This document shows, piece by piece, positions 50,091 to 62,505 of a stretch of DNA of 64,000 bases. A program made the translations under genes and the position numbers. The notes under the pieces are model-generated. The model was not told the DNA's origin. It did not search any database and worked only from the letters and a program-made list of their open reading frames with translations. Numbering within the stretch: position 1 is the stretch's first letter; the number at the start of each line of letters is the position of its first letter. Origin of the DNA: Octopus sinensis. Taxonomy: Eukaryota. The stretch lies in the NCBI RefSeq assembly GCF_006345805.1, contig NC_043005.1:107260001-107324000 (forward strand), read 5' to 3'.

Positions 50091-52454
50091 TCCGCCACCA
50101 CAGATGGAACTACATCATAAATTTAAAACATCCCACCACTGTTGCTAAGACCAAAACAAGTCACATTTAGGTAAAGAAGGTTCCACGAACAAATTTACTG
50201 TGGTACAGCACTCCTGTATATTTCTTTTCTTTTCTTTTCTTTTCTTTCAACTTCTCCCTCCTCTTTCCCTACTCCCGTTTCTCTTCCTCCTTCATCCTCT
50301 CCTTCAACTCTTCTTCCTGCTTTTCCTTCTTCTTCTTCTTCTTCTTCTTCTTCTTCTTCTTCTTCTTCTTCTTCTTCTTCTTCTTCTTCTCCTCTTCTCC
50401 CACTTCCTCTCCCTCGGCTGCTACTGCTTAAACCATCAATTGTCTGTACTCGAACTTTTCCTTCAAATTTACTGTTACCTACCTACCTACCTACCTACCT
50501 ACCTACCTACCAGGCATTCACAATGGAATAGAGAGACAAACTCCCTGAAAACTATGGAAATGTTTACCAATTCAAAGGCTATGAAAATATCTCCAAAACA
50601 TTTCACTAAATTTTTCCTCCGTATTTAATTGCTAATGTTATTTTACTTTCAGCTGAAAAAGTCTAAAATGACGGAAACTGGTACAAAAATGTACTTCATG
50701 ATAAAACTAATTTAGTATTTTCTACCTTTTCTTATTTTCCTTACAAGGAATCTAGTGCTCTTAGCTTAGGTTTTCCTTGGGGATGGCCAGATTGGAGCAA
50801 TCTCAAGTATAATCAACCAAAAATGCGAAGATAATCTGATCTCGACTGAGGAAAGAAAACCCCGAATGAATCATCCTTGTTTTTTCTTGTCCCCTTTTTG
50901 TATCATCTGTCTGGATGTTTTGCGTTCTTGTCCCATTTTTTGTATTCCTTTTTATATACATACAGCGAGGTAAGTACATGTTGGTCTTATATATATATAT
51001 ATATAAATTTTGCACAACTCTTATTCGATCATTTTTTCTTTCTATCAGTCCCTTCACAATTACTTCGTTCTTTCCACTCTTCTTTCTTTCCTTCCCTCTC
51101 ACTCACATTTCCTGGCCTTCTCTTCATTCTCACCTTCCCTCTTCTTTCACTTCACTATCTATGTGCAAATATGTGTGCGTATTTATGTGTGTATATATAT
51201 ATATATATATACGTAACATGTAACATGTATATATATATATATTTAAGTGTGCGTGTGTGTTTAATACATGCAGTACACACGTGTGCATACACAGATCACA
51301 CGGGCATAATTCATGCAGTCATTGGGAATTAAATATTACATATCTATAACTGTCGCTGATATTCGATCGGGAAACGGTAAGAAACTCCTTCTCCTCCTCC
51401 TCCCCCTCCTCATCTTCTTCTTACTACTACTACTACTACAACTACTACTACTACCACTATTACTACTACTACTACCACTACTACTACAACGTCGTCGTTG
51501 ACAACGGCAAAAGCACCAAAGACACGAATGGCCCTGAATATGATAAAATACAAACGAAATATATAAATACAATTTACTATTCTGTATGGTTTGCCTTTTG
51601 ATAATTGAAAGGCGGTGTCGCCCTCTGTCACCTGTGTTTCAATCAGCATTGATTCTAGTGGACCGGAAGTAGAATTGTGGGAAAGACATGACTGAGCATA
51701 GAAGAATTGTGAATATTCAGGGTTTATGTGTTAATGTTTTAATGATGGCGGTAGTGGTGGTGGCTTTGGTGGCGGTGGTGACAGGAGTGATAGTTGTATG
51801 GTTTGGGATGGTGGTGGTGGTGGTGGTGGTGAGTCAACGAAAGGGAAACAACTAAGACGAAATAATAAAATGCATCCCTATACTGTATTTTCTGTAAGTT
51901 AATGTTTGAATGTGTACGTGTGCGTGTGTGTGTATGTGTGTGCGCGTAATATTATGATATATATATATGTGTGCCTGTATTTGTGTAGTACATATTTATG
52001 AGAAATTATATACGTCTGTGATATATCAAACGTGAGGAGAGTATTATGTGTGGACACTATTCGGTATGAATGTATGTATGAATCTAAATCTCTCTCTCTC
52101 TATCTCGCTCTCTCGCTCTTTTTCTCTCCGACAATCTCTGTCACTTTATTTATCTATTCCCCCACTCCCTCTCTTTACACACACACACGCACTCTCACCA
52201 TACACACACATATGCAGGCAAAGTTTCTGTGGCAAAAAAATTTGTATTGCAACTCTGTGGCTTCGGGTTCAGTTTCCCTTAGTGCACCCCACATATATTT
52301 ATGTATGTGTGTATGTATGTATGTATGTATGTATGTATGTATGTATATATGCATGCATGTATGTATGTATGTATGTGTGTATGCATGTATGAATGTATGT
52401 ATGTATGTGTGTGCATGTATGTATCTATCAGTATCCATACATATATATATATAT

Positions 52455-52487
<33 letters not shown>

Positions 52488-52565
52488 ATACACATATATT
52501 ATATATATATGTATATATGTATATATATATATATCTATATATAAAATATATATATATATTTATTA

Positions 52566-52596
<31 letters not shown>

Positions 52597-52625
52597 ATAT
52601 ATATGATAGATAGATAGATAGATAG

Positions 52626-52663
<38 letters not shown>

Positions 52664-52724
52664 TATAGATAGATAGATAGATGGATAGATAGATAGAAAT
52701 ATAGATAGACAGACAGATAGATGT

Positions 52725-52826
52725 TGCCTAGTGTTTAGGCGGCAGCACTTACGATCGCTAGATCCTGGGTTCGATTCATTGACTGTGTGTTGTCTTCTTG
52801 AGCAAAACACTTCGTTACACGTTGCT
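52725..52826 (+). mobile_element. SINE family A 5' fragment
   Basis: CTTACGATCG...GGGTTCGATTC...TTCTTGAGCAAAACACTT. Confidence 0.65.
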
Positions 52827-53753
52827 GAGACCCCACTAAGGATCAGGATGGAATGTTGATCTGTTCGCCTAACCAGCGAAATGTTGTCATTTAAAGGCTA
52901 AAAACCAACGCGAAAGCGCATTGCGACCAACGATATGTAACTTCTGATAGCCTGGTTAGTCACGTGTTATATATACATATATATGTATACTTGTTATGCA
53001 TGTTATGTATATGGTATCTTTGTAACTGAACGAAAGTACAAAGAATACGAATTGAAAAGCCAGAAATTACCGGTTTTGGTGGAATTAATCATCAATTTCA
53101 AGAACCTGAATACTTGCACAGATACTGATTTTCAATTAATCCCGTGTGTAACATTGTCTTCAGTAGGGTAGAATATCCGCCACCATTTCACTGATATGCA
53201 AAGTAGTAAATGCTAGAATATTCGACAGTGACGCTAACTACTAACAGATGATCAAATCTTCACGACATATTTCAATATAGTCGTACCCTTGGTGGGAAAA
53301 CAGACTAAAAATAAAACAGTACAGAAATATGCTTGAAACCAGAACTTCATTTCTGTTTATGCCTGTATCGCTGTATATAAGCACATATATCTACATACAT
53401 ATTAATACAATATATTCGAGGCATTATAACATGGTACTCAACAAAGCTGTGTATAACCATAAGTTAAAGTATAATGCTCAAAATGTCGAACACTGTGTCT
53501 CTAATAACATGGATTTAGTAACGATAGTTATAATTTTAAAGAATCAAATAGAAGTAGAAGTAAGGACATAAAAAATGATAATAAAAAATAAGCGTCCTAT
53601 AGATAAAATTGATATCCAAAATATGAAAACCAATCTATTGCATCCTACATCGGATAATGCTCATGAATTTAGTAATAAGAAAACCGGAATTAAAAGTCAC
53701 CCAGTGTAAATATAATAAGATCAAGAAATTTGAAAATTTTCATGTACTTTCTG

Positions 53754-53836
<83 letters not shown>

Positions 53837-53843
53837 AAGAAGA
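53754..53843. repeat. (TAA)n followed by (GAA)n
   Basis: Direct reading; abuts the 5' end of the Dong-like element. Confidence 0.95.
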
Positions 53844-53845
53844 AA

Positions 53846-55850
53846 GGCCAGGAAGTGTATAAGATAGCACCTACTCCGCGAAACTTTTTGACTGTAAGTA
53901 TGAGATTATGGAGAACCACACTGACTTTGATCAGTGACAATGAATCTCTTAATGCTGGTAAGAATTTCATGTGGCATTTTCCAGGGTGACTCACTATCAC
54001 CACTCCTCTTTTGTTTATCCTTAATACCTCTCTCAAAACTGCTCAATGACGCGCAGTACGGGTATAAAATGTTTGATATAAATATAAATCATCTCGTTTA
54101 CATGGATGATTTAAAGCTTTTTGCAAAAAATGACCAACAACTCAAGGGCTTACTAGCGATAGTCAAACAAATCAGTCACGACATCAGAATGCAATTTGGC
54201 CTCGATAAATGTGCAAAAGCTATATTTATCAAAGGAAAAATGACAGAAACATCTAACGCTAACATTGACCAGCAGAATGTCATAAAAGAACTAGACCCAG
54301 CGGAGAGCTACAAGTACCTAGGGGTAATTGAAGGGGACGGAATAAGGCATTCAGAGATGAAGGAAAGGATCAGGAGAGAATGTTATCGAAGAGTGAGAGC
54401 AATACTCAAGACAGAGCTGAATGCAAGAAACAGGATCGAAGCGATCAATGCATTAGCCATACCAGTCATGACTTACAGTTTCAATATCGTTAACTGGTCA
54501 AATACTGAAATATGTCAGCTTGACAGAAAATTACGAAAACTGTTGACAATGCATAGAATGCACCACCCTAAGGCAGATACAGAACGACTTTATCTGCCAA
54601 GAAAAGAGGGAGGCCGTGGTCTTTTACAACTGGCAATAACAATGAAGATTGCTACAATTGGCCTAGACACCTACCTGAAAAAGTCTGAGGACTGGGTGTT
54701 AAAACTTGTCTCAAAACATGAAAACAAGAAAGCATCATACTCAGTAACAAAACAGGCAAATGAATATCTAAGTGAATTCCGAATACAACAAATTTCGGAA
54801 TTAGACATACAAGAAACAAGCAGAGAAAAAGCTAAGCGTATGAAAACCTGTGCCAAAACTGCGGCCTTAGATATTCTAAATAATAAACGGTAAGAAAAAC
54901 CTCTCTATGGCAAATACCCAAAGAGTGCGAATAATGCAGATATTGACAAAGCCCTGACCCATCAATGGCTAATGGCACCTGGCCTAAAATCTGAAACAGT
55001 AAGGTTTATCATTGCAGCTCAAGATCAATGCCTACCAACAAGAAACTACCAGGCCAACATACTAAAAAACGGCAGTAGCCCAACATGTCGGGTATGTCGA
55101 CAACAAAATGAAACCATTGATCATGTTGTCTCCAAGTGCAGTCTTCTAGCGCCTACAGAGTACCTCAACAGGCATGATAGAGCTGCACAATATATTCACT
55201 GAAAAAAACTGGTGGGAACACAATCCACCTCCAGTGCTTGAAAATGATAAACATCTCACTCCTCTGGAACTTCACCTTTCAAACTGACAGAATGATAGAT
55301 GCAAACAGGCCAGACATCATATTGAAAGACTTCAGACAAAGAACCTGCCTCCTCATTGATATGACTGTCCCAATCGATATAGAGGTATCTGACAAGACCT
55401 ACCAAAAAATGAGAAAATATAAAGTTCTTGAAATAGAAATCAGCAAAATGTGGAACCTGAAGACTAAAACAATACCTATTGTCATAGGTGCCCTGGGAAT
55501 GATAGCGAAAGGGGCTGATTGCTACCAGCTCAGATACCAGGAAACCCCAAAATGGCAGAAATTCAAAAGATAGTGCTCATGGGAACTGCTCATATCCTAC
55601 GCAAAATACTCTCTATGTAATCTCAAGGTTTAAAACAAACTCTTTTCTTTTTTTTAAATTTATTTATTAGACATTCACTAGTACAACACCAAAAAAAAAT
55701 CCAAATATATGGCACACTAAGCATAACAACATGAACTTCCAACCTGTTATCTCTTGAGGTTTCTGGGTGAGACTTGGAGCCAACTTGTACAAACATAAAG
55801 CAAAAGTCAAACATAGAATAATAATAATAACAACAATATAATAATAATAC
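53846..55850 (+). mobile_element. R4/Dong-like RLE non-LTR retrotransposon, 5'-truncated, 3' end intact
   Basis: [15 protein letters not shown]...YMDDLKLF; CRVCRQQNETIDHVVSKC (CCHC); RPDIILKD...LIDMTVP.D...K..KY...IPIVIGALG (PD-(D/E)xK restriction-like nuclease); flanked by TAA arrays. Confidence 0.93.
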
Positions 55851-55854
55851 TAAC

Positions 55855-55938
<84 letters not shown>
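55845..55938. repeat. (TAA)n microsatellite
   Basis: Direct reading; abuts the 3' end of the Dong-like element. Confidence 0.95.
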
Positions 55939-56339
55939 TGGCTCATTGCTCTATTCGCTAAGTAAATTAAGAACAATTTAATTGGGCCTTTATATAAAAT
56001 GTTTTTTCAACATTTTACGAAAGAAAATAGACATTATGATGTAATGAGTGCCAGTTTTCTCCGAGTAGCCTTTTCTGTTTCTAAGAATATATTCCAGATT
56101 ATTTCTTCCTTTATCGAGAGGAAATGATCAAGTTCATATAACAAAGATTACCCGACTAAATGCAACAGTAATACTCTAGGAAATAACATTACTGAAAAAT
56201 GTAAAATTTTTTTTTTAATGTACAAGGGAAAACAACCCACTTTAAGTCATTTCCAACCTGAAGAGTAGAAGTAAAGCTGTAAATGATAATCACACGTAAT
56301 CCAATCATATGAATCTTAATAGTAATATGAATATAAATG

Positions 56340-56766
56340 AAAATATATATTGTGATTGCTAAGATAGAAGTGACTGTTTGTTTAATAATTATTATAACCC
56401 AAAAAACGTACCGTATACATGTAATGAATTCTAAAGGGAAGGGTTTCTTTTATATCGGTTCAACGCAAAACTATATCAAAATGCGCATCGCTAATCACAA
56501 TTATAGATTTGATAATAAAGATAAGCCGTCGTATAAACGTCTTAGTAAATTCATTTGGGACTTTAAAACAAGAATAAAATTTTACTGTAGACTGGTAGTT
56601 AATAAGCAGGGCCAATGCCTACAAAATTGGCAATACCTTTTGCTTTCTTTGTATAGAAGAGTCATACCAAATTTTAAATTACAAATGTAGATTCCTTAAC
56701 ACAAAGAGAGAGGGTGGGATATCCTCAGTTTATGCCTATAAACATGTTTTCAAAAACTACCGTTAA
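56340..56766 (+). pseudogene. Naiad-type PLE linker plus GIY-YIG remnant
   Basis: YCDC*DRSDC linker, FFYIGSTQNYIKMRIANH...LSKFIWDFK, then frameshifted AYKIGNT.CFLCIEE...LNTKRE. Confidence 0.8.
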
Positions 56767-57304
56767 ATACATTGTTAAAGTAACAATGTAAATTTAAGCG
56801 GTATCTCAGGATTAATATAACAATTATAACTATAAAGATTAGGTAAATCTTAATAGATATTGTATTGATCTTAAAATATAAAAGAAATATGAACTTAAGG
56901 TTTTATTTACAGGTATCTGTATTATATAAATGTTAAAAGTACTTTAAATGTACTCTAAGTACCTATCTTCGGAATCTGTGATTAGCATATTTAAAAAAAT
57001 GAATTGGTTACCTTAAGTTACGTATTAATTCAATAATGGTTTAATTTTTATTAATTTATTAATTCATCTAAGTTTGATTTGTTAACGTTAGTGCTTTCAT
57101 CAATTAGAAACATGTATATCTGTTCGCACTATATGTAAACAAATATATTGTGTACAAATATTGATGACGTAGTACTCAACTATGGTAATTAGTTAGCAAT
57201 TTTGATTCGTCATCGTTTAGTAGCTTTCAACATATTAACATATACGTGCACAAATAGGTAATGTATACAAATAGGTAATAGTTACATATACGTTACTATA
57301 GTTT

Positions 57305-57324
57305 TAAATAATAATAATAATTAA

Positions 57325-57385
<61 letters not shown>

Positions 57386-57410
57386 TAATAATAATAATAA
57401 TAATAATAAT
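57305..57410. repeat. (AAT)n microsatellite
   Basis: Direct reading. Confidence 0.95.
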
Positions 57411-57771
57411 TTATTGTTTAATTATAATTTCTAGATTGCAACTGGGTGACTTATAGTAAAAATGTCTTAAGTGATGAACTATTTTAATGACACTTCAATC
57501 TATCAAAAGTGATGGTTTAATTTAGAAATAATGATTTTTGGCTCCTTGTTTCGAGCAATCGTATCAAAATATCGTTTAAGTTAACTAACGGATATTTTGT
57601 TTTTGTTCTTTCAACACATTATACACGCACTCGCACAAATGCATTAAATAAGTCTGCCTTTACATATACATAAGTAACGGCTTTAAAATACATTGGTTTC
57701 TGAAACGCACATATCTGGGTCTGTCAAGGGTCAAACAACACATTGTCGTGTAGCTCATTTCTATTAAATTC

Positions 57772-57875
57772 TTTCCCTGATGAAATACCCAATTGACGAT
57801 ATTCGATATGGAAATTTGACTTAATTAATTTCTCAAATTGATTACAATTGGGAATGGAAACAGGTGTGGGGGAAA
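57772..57875 (+). ncRNA. Type I hammerhead fold with long branched stem II, cleavage triplet mutated
   Basis: CTGATGA 57777-57783; CCCAATTG/CAATTGGG; inner GAAATT/AATTTC; GAAA 57857-57860; AC-AGGT-GT-G; TTTCC/GGGGAAA. Confidence 0.65.
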
Positions 57876-59425
57876 TTGACTTTGATATTGTTCAGAATTG
57901 TATCATGTTCTAATAAATTGGTGTCTATGTGTCAGTTTCTCCATTTTCTTTTTCTCGTACATAAAAAATAATCTGTATATATGAATGTAATTTATGCACG
58001 TCGACAAATTAGCACGCATGTCGCTCCAATTTTAGGAGGACATTCGTCATGACCCTTGCTGAAAGGTGTTTCAAGAGCTGATCGCATAAACTGCAACGAT
58101 GTCTTATTTCAGCATTGGACTCATTTCCTCTTGTTTATTATGAATGTTCAATTCTCGCTTTAACCCTTCATGTAAATTGTAGGATCTTGACAGTGCACGG
58201 GACCTGGTTATTCGCAATTAATTTCCGATTTTTCATGTGTGATTTACCCACATGGGCACGCTAGTCCGATCGCATGCCAGGGTCGGATATGCATACTTAT
58301 ATGCATAAGGTAATGAGAATCTTTCGCAACGCTATTCATATTAAGCTTATATTTACGAAATTTTCATTTCATTTCAGTGTGCTTAAGTCTGCTAGGTTTT
58401 TAATCTTTAATGCCCCTCCAAATCGTAGCTCCCCTCATTTAAATATACAACACCAATTTGAAATCTCCTGCTTTCCAAACGGTCTCCAAGGTGATACCAC
58501 TACTGGAGGTGAACCAGTTACTTTTCAGCTAGCTGCCCTAGTACGAAATTCATTTCTTAATGATCACTTCAAAGTTATATTATGATATTTTTGTTGAAAT
58601 ACGCAGTAATTATTTCATAAATTTTAAAAAGAACGAAGAAATTTATTAAATAAATTTAGTCATTATTAAACTGATATTTGGAGTTTAAATTGTTATGAAA
58701 TTGTAAAGAAAAATTGAAATTTAGGCCAATTAAAAAGAAAAAAATAGACGTTTTGTACCATAAGACCATAAGTAGCCTCAGATAGGGTGGTATCAAAAAA
58801 GTTGAACTGCGTATACACACAATACATATATTTCAGCTATACTTATTGAAATGACTCGTTATTTTTTACAAGTTTTCTTGCATACACATTTATAACGTAC
58901 GTAACTGACTCTACACCCAGACATAACAAATAACCAAATTTATGCACATGAAGAAACTGTTATAGATTTTGCTTTGTATAAAGCAGCCTCTATAACTCGC
59001 GTTTTCACTACACTTTTGCTCTCTTCCTATTCAACGCTCTCGCATCATTTCTTTGTTTTCATATATATAAATCCGCATATGTATACATACATTTCTACAT
59101 AATACACTCAGGCACATATGTGTATATGTGTGTGACTTTTTTGTATATAATATCAAGCAGCAATTTACGCACACACTGTACATTCTTAGTTACCATCAGT
59201 GGTCAAGTTGCAGAATTTCTTCACTTCTTTTTTAATGAATTGATCAAGACATTCGGTTGGTAAGATGTTTGCTAATGAAGGGACCATCCTATATAATTGG
59301 TCTCTATGATTGTTCCCTGACTTCCAACATTTCTACACGCCATGAATTTTTCTTTACTTATTATATCTCTCTATCTATCTATCTATCTATCTTCCGATCT
59401 ATTTCTCTATCAATCTAGCTATTTC

Positions 59426-59474
<49 letters not shown>

Positions 59475-59582
59475 ATGTGTCTGTGTGTGTAAGCAAATGC
59501 ATATATTCACTTACATATAAAAAACATACGTGGACGTATGCATAAAATGTATGCAGGGATATATGCCTATATATATATATAT

Positions 59583-59713
59583 TCGGCAAGAGAGACCGAT
59601 AGAATAAGTACTGGCTTACAAAAGAATAAGTCCCGGGGTCGAGTTGCTCGATTAAAGGCGGTGCTCCAGCATGGCCGCAGTCAAATGACTGAAACAAGTA
59701 AAAGAGTAAAAGA

Positions 59714-59714
<1 letters not shown>
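59583..59714 (+). mobile_element. SINE family B 3' end
   Basis: TTCGGCAAGAGAGACCGATAGAATAAG...AAACAAGTAAAAGAGTAAAAGAG. Confidence 0.85.
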
Positions 59715-59768
<54 letters not shown>

Positions 59769-59914
59769 CATATATATATAGATAGATACATATATATAAA
59801 TATATATATATATATGTCTGTGTTTAATTGTATATATATATATGTACGTATATGTATATGTATGGGTGTATATATATGTCTACCTGTTTGTATTTCCATC
59901 TATCTATGTATCTG

Positions 59915-60039
<125 letters not shown>

Positions 60040-62004
60040 TTGTATATCACTCTTAACTCTTAGTTGTTGATTCTAAGAACTTCAGACAAACATTTAACAC
60101 ACAAATCAACCGTTACTATGGTTTTCGTGGTATCCAAAACCATTTCTAGCTAATTTCTTCCATCTGTTAGGGTGTCCTTTGAAGCTCTACTTAACTCTAA
60201 CTTGAAACAGCTCCTGAGTATCGATGCCGGTGGTAGCGGTATTAGAGTCAGTAATGGTGGTAGTGATAGTACTTGCACTAGTTCCAGCAGTAGTGATGGC
60301 AGTGGTGGCAGCACTGCTGTAAGCGATGGTGTGAGTTGGCAAAGAATATCAAAGAATTTTCTGATTCTTTTTTTTTATATCGATATATTGTTTGTAAATG
60401 TTAGCTTTCATTATGATGATATCATCACTAGTATTAATATTATCTGCAGTAATATTATAGATATATATGTTATTAGCAATATTAGTAGTATTGTTATTTT
60501 TCTTATAGTAGTACGAGTAAAAGGAGGGAAGAAGGAGGAGGAGTATAAGTAGGAGGAGAATGAAGAGGAGGTGGAGTATATCTTCTTCACTTCCATATTT
60601 GTTTCCATTGTATAATATTCTGACTTATTTGTTTATTCTCTTTTACTTTTGCTTTGACTTGGCTGTGTTTAGCTGCAGTTTTGAAACATCCGATCTCGAC
60701 AGAGTTTAAGCTATAAATTAATGGCGAATCGGAATCTTTAATCATATGTATCACTCTTCTCTCAGACCACCTTCGACGTTTCCACAAATACTTGCTGTAG
60801 CGTGTGTGTATACAGACAAACATGCATATATACATACATGCATGCATATATACATACATACATACACACATACATATATGTATATATGTATGTGTATATA
60901 TATATATTATATATACACACATATATTTATCTTCATATACATATACATATATATGTATATATATACATACATACAAACATACATACATGCATACATACAT
61001 AGATGCATAGATACATACATACATACATACATAAATGCGTATCCATATGTTACCGTAAACCTATTACGGGCACTGAGGATCCACTTCATAAGTGATTCCA
61101 GTTTCTTCATTGATGACTATCCACTTTTGTATGCAATTAGTATATTTCAAGTTCATTTACCTATTGTTCATGCTGAAATTCCAAAACTTCAGTAATTTAC
61201 CGAAGCCACTCTACATGACAATTTTTCTGTTTTGTAATTTGGATAATTTGTTTCTTATGTTTCATAATTAATGTGCAATAGACGTAACTTATTTAAATTG
61301 CTGTATATGATTTATAAACATGGCAGTAAATTGTTACATAGAATCTTAAATGAAACTGATAGAGAAATCATTGACGTGCTCGCACGATTTTTTTGAAATA
61401 AAGTGGGCAGATCGGTTTCAGGCATGCTTTACCGTTTTAAGGGTATAAAGTATGATAGTATCCTAGTAACATCATTTCTGAAATTAAAATAAGACTTTTA
61501 TTAGTGGTTAATCGGTAATCATTTTCAAGCGAGCAGACGATAAATGATTGCACTTATAAAATGTGAGATAAAAAATTTCAATTGAAAAGAAACTACATTT
61601 TTCTCTATCCATTTACCGTCACTATCACCATCATTATAGTTTTCATTAACGAAGCTCAAAGTTGATCACTAACGAGATAATTTGATTTCACTCCAGCTCA
61701 TTTGTTTGCGTGTATCTACTTTTCTTGCTGTCCATCTAAAGTTCGAATAACAAATTTGAAACAAAATGTCGTTCACGGCAAGTTTGCTAAGTTTTTTTTT
61801 TTCACTTATATTGAAAAATTTATCTTTCTATGATAAATTTAATGTTATTATTCCTTCTTCCATCGATCCGTTGATGTATTTGTCAAAATGGTTAGATAAA
61901 TAAATAGATCGACTGACAAAATAAAAAATTAAATATCAAAATGTTATTTTCTTATTACGATAATGTAAGAGGTTTAAAATTTCACTCTACTAAACACTTA
62001 GTGG

Positions 62005-62312
62005 AGTCGTAATGGCCCAGTGGTTAGGGTAGCGGACTCGCGTTCGTAGAATCGCGGTTTCGATTCCCAGACCGGGCGTTGTGGGTGTATATTGAGCGAA
62101 AACAACTAAAGTACCACGAGGCTCCGGCAGGGTGTTGTGGTGAACCCTGCTGTACTCTTTCACCACTACTTTCTCTCACTCTTTCTTCCTGTTTCTGTTG
62201 TACCTGTATTTCAAAGGGCCAGCCTTGTCACATTCTGTGTCATGCTGAATCTTCCCAAGAACTACGACAAGGGTACACGTGTCTGTGGAGTGCTCAGCCA
62301 CTTGCACGCTAA
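62005..62312 (+). mobile_element. tRNA-derived SINE, distinct body
   Basis: A box TGGCCCAGTGG and B box GTTTCGATTCC, followed by a non-tRNA body. Confidence 0.7.
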
Positions 62313-62314
62313 TA

Positions 62315-62505
62315 AATGAGCTGCGACGTCACAGGTGCCAAGCTGTATCAGCCTTTGCATTTCCCTTGGATAACATAGGTGGCGTGGAGAGGGAGACTGG
62401 CATGCGTGGGCGACTGCTGGTCTTCCATACACAACCTTGCCCAGACTTGTGCCTCGGAGGGTTAGTTTCTAGGTGCAATCCCATGGTCACTATGACCGAA
62501 GGGAG
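62315..62505 (+). mobile_element. SINE family A 3' half
   Basis: AAATGAGCTGCGACGTCACAGGTGCCAAGCTGTATC...ATGACCGAAGGG. Confidence 0.85.
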
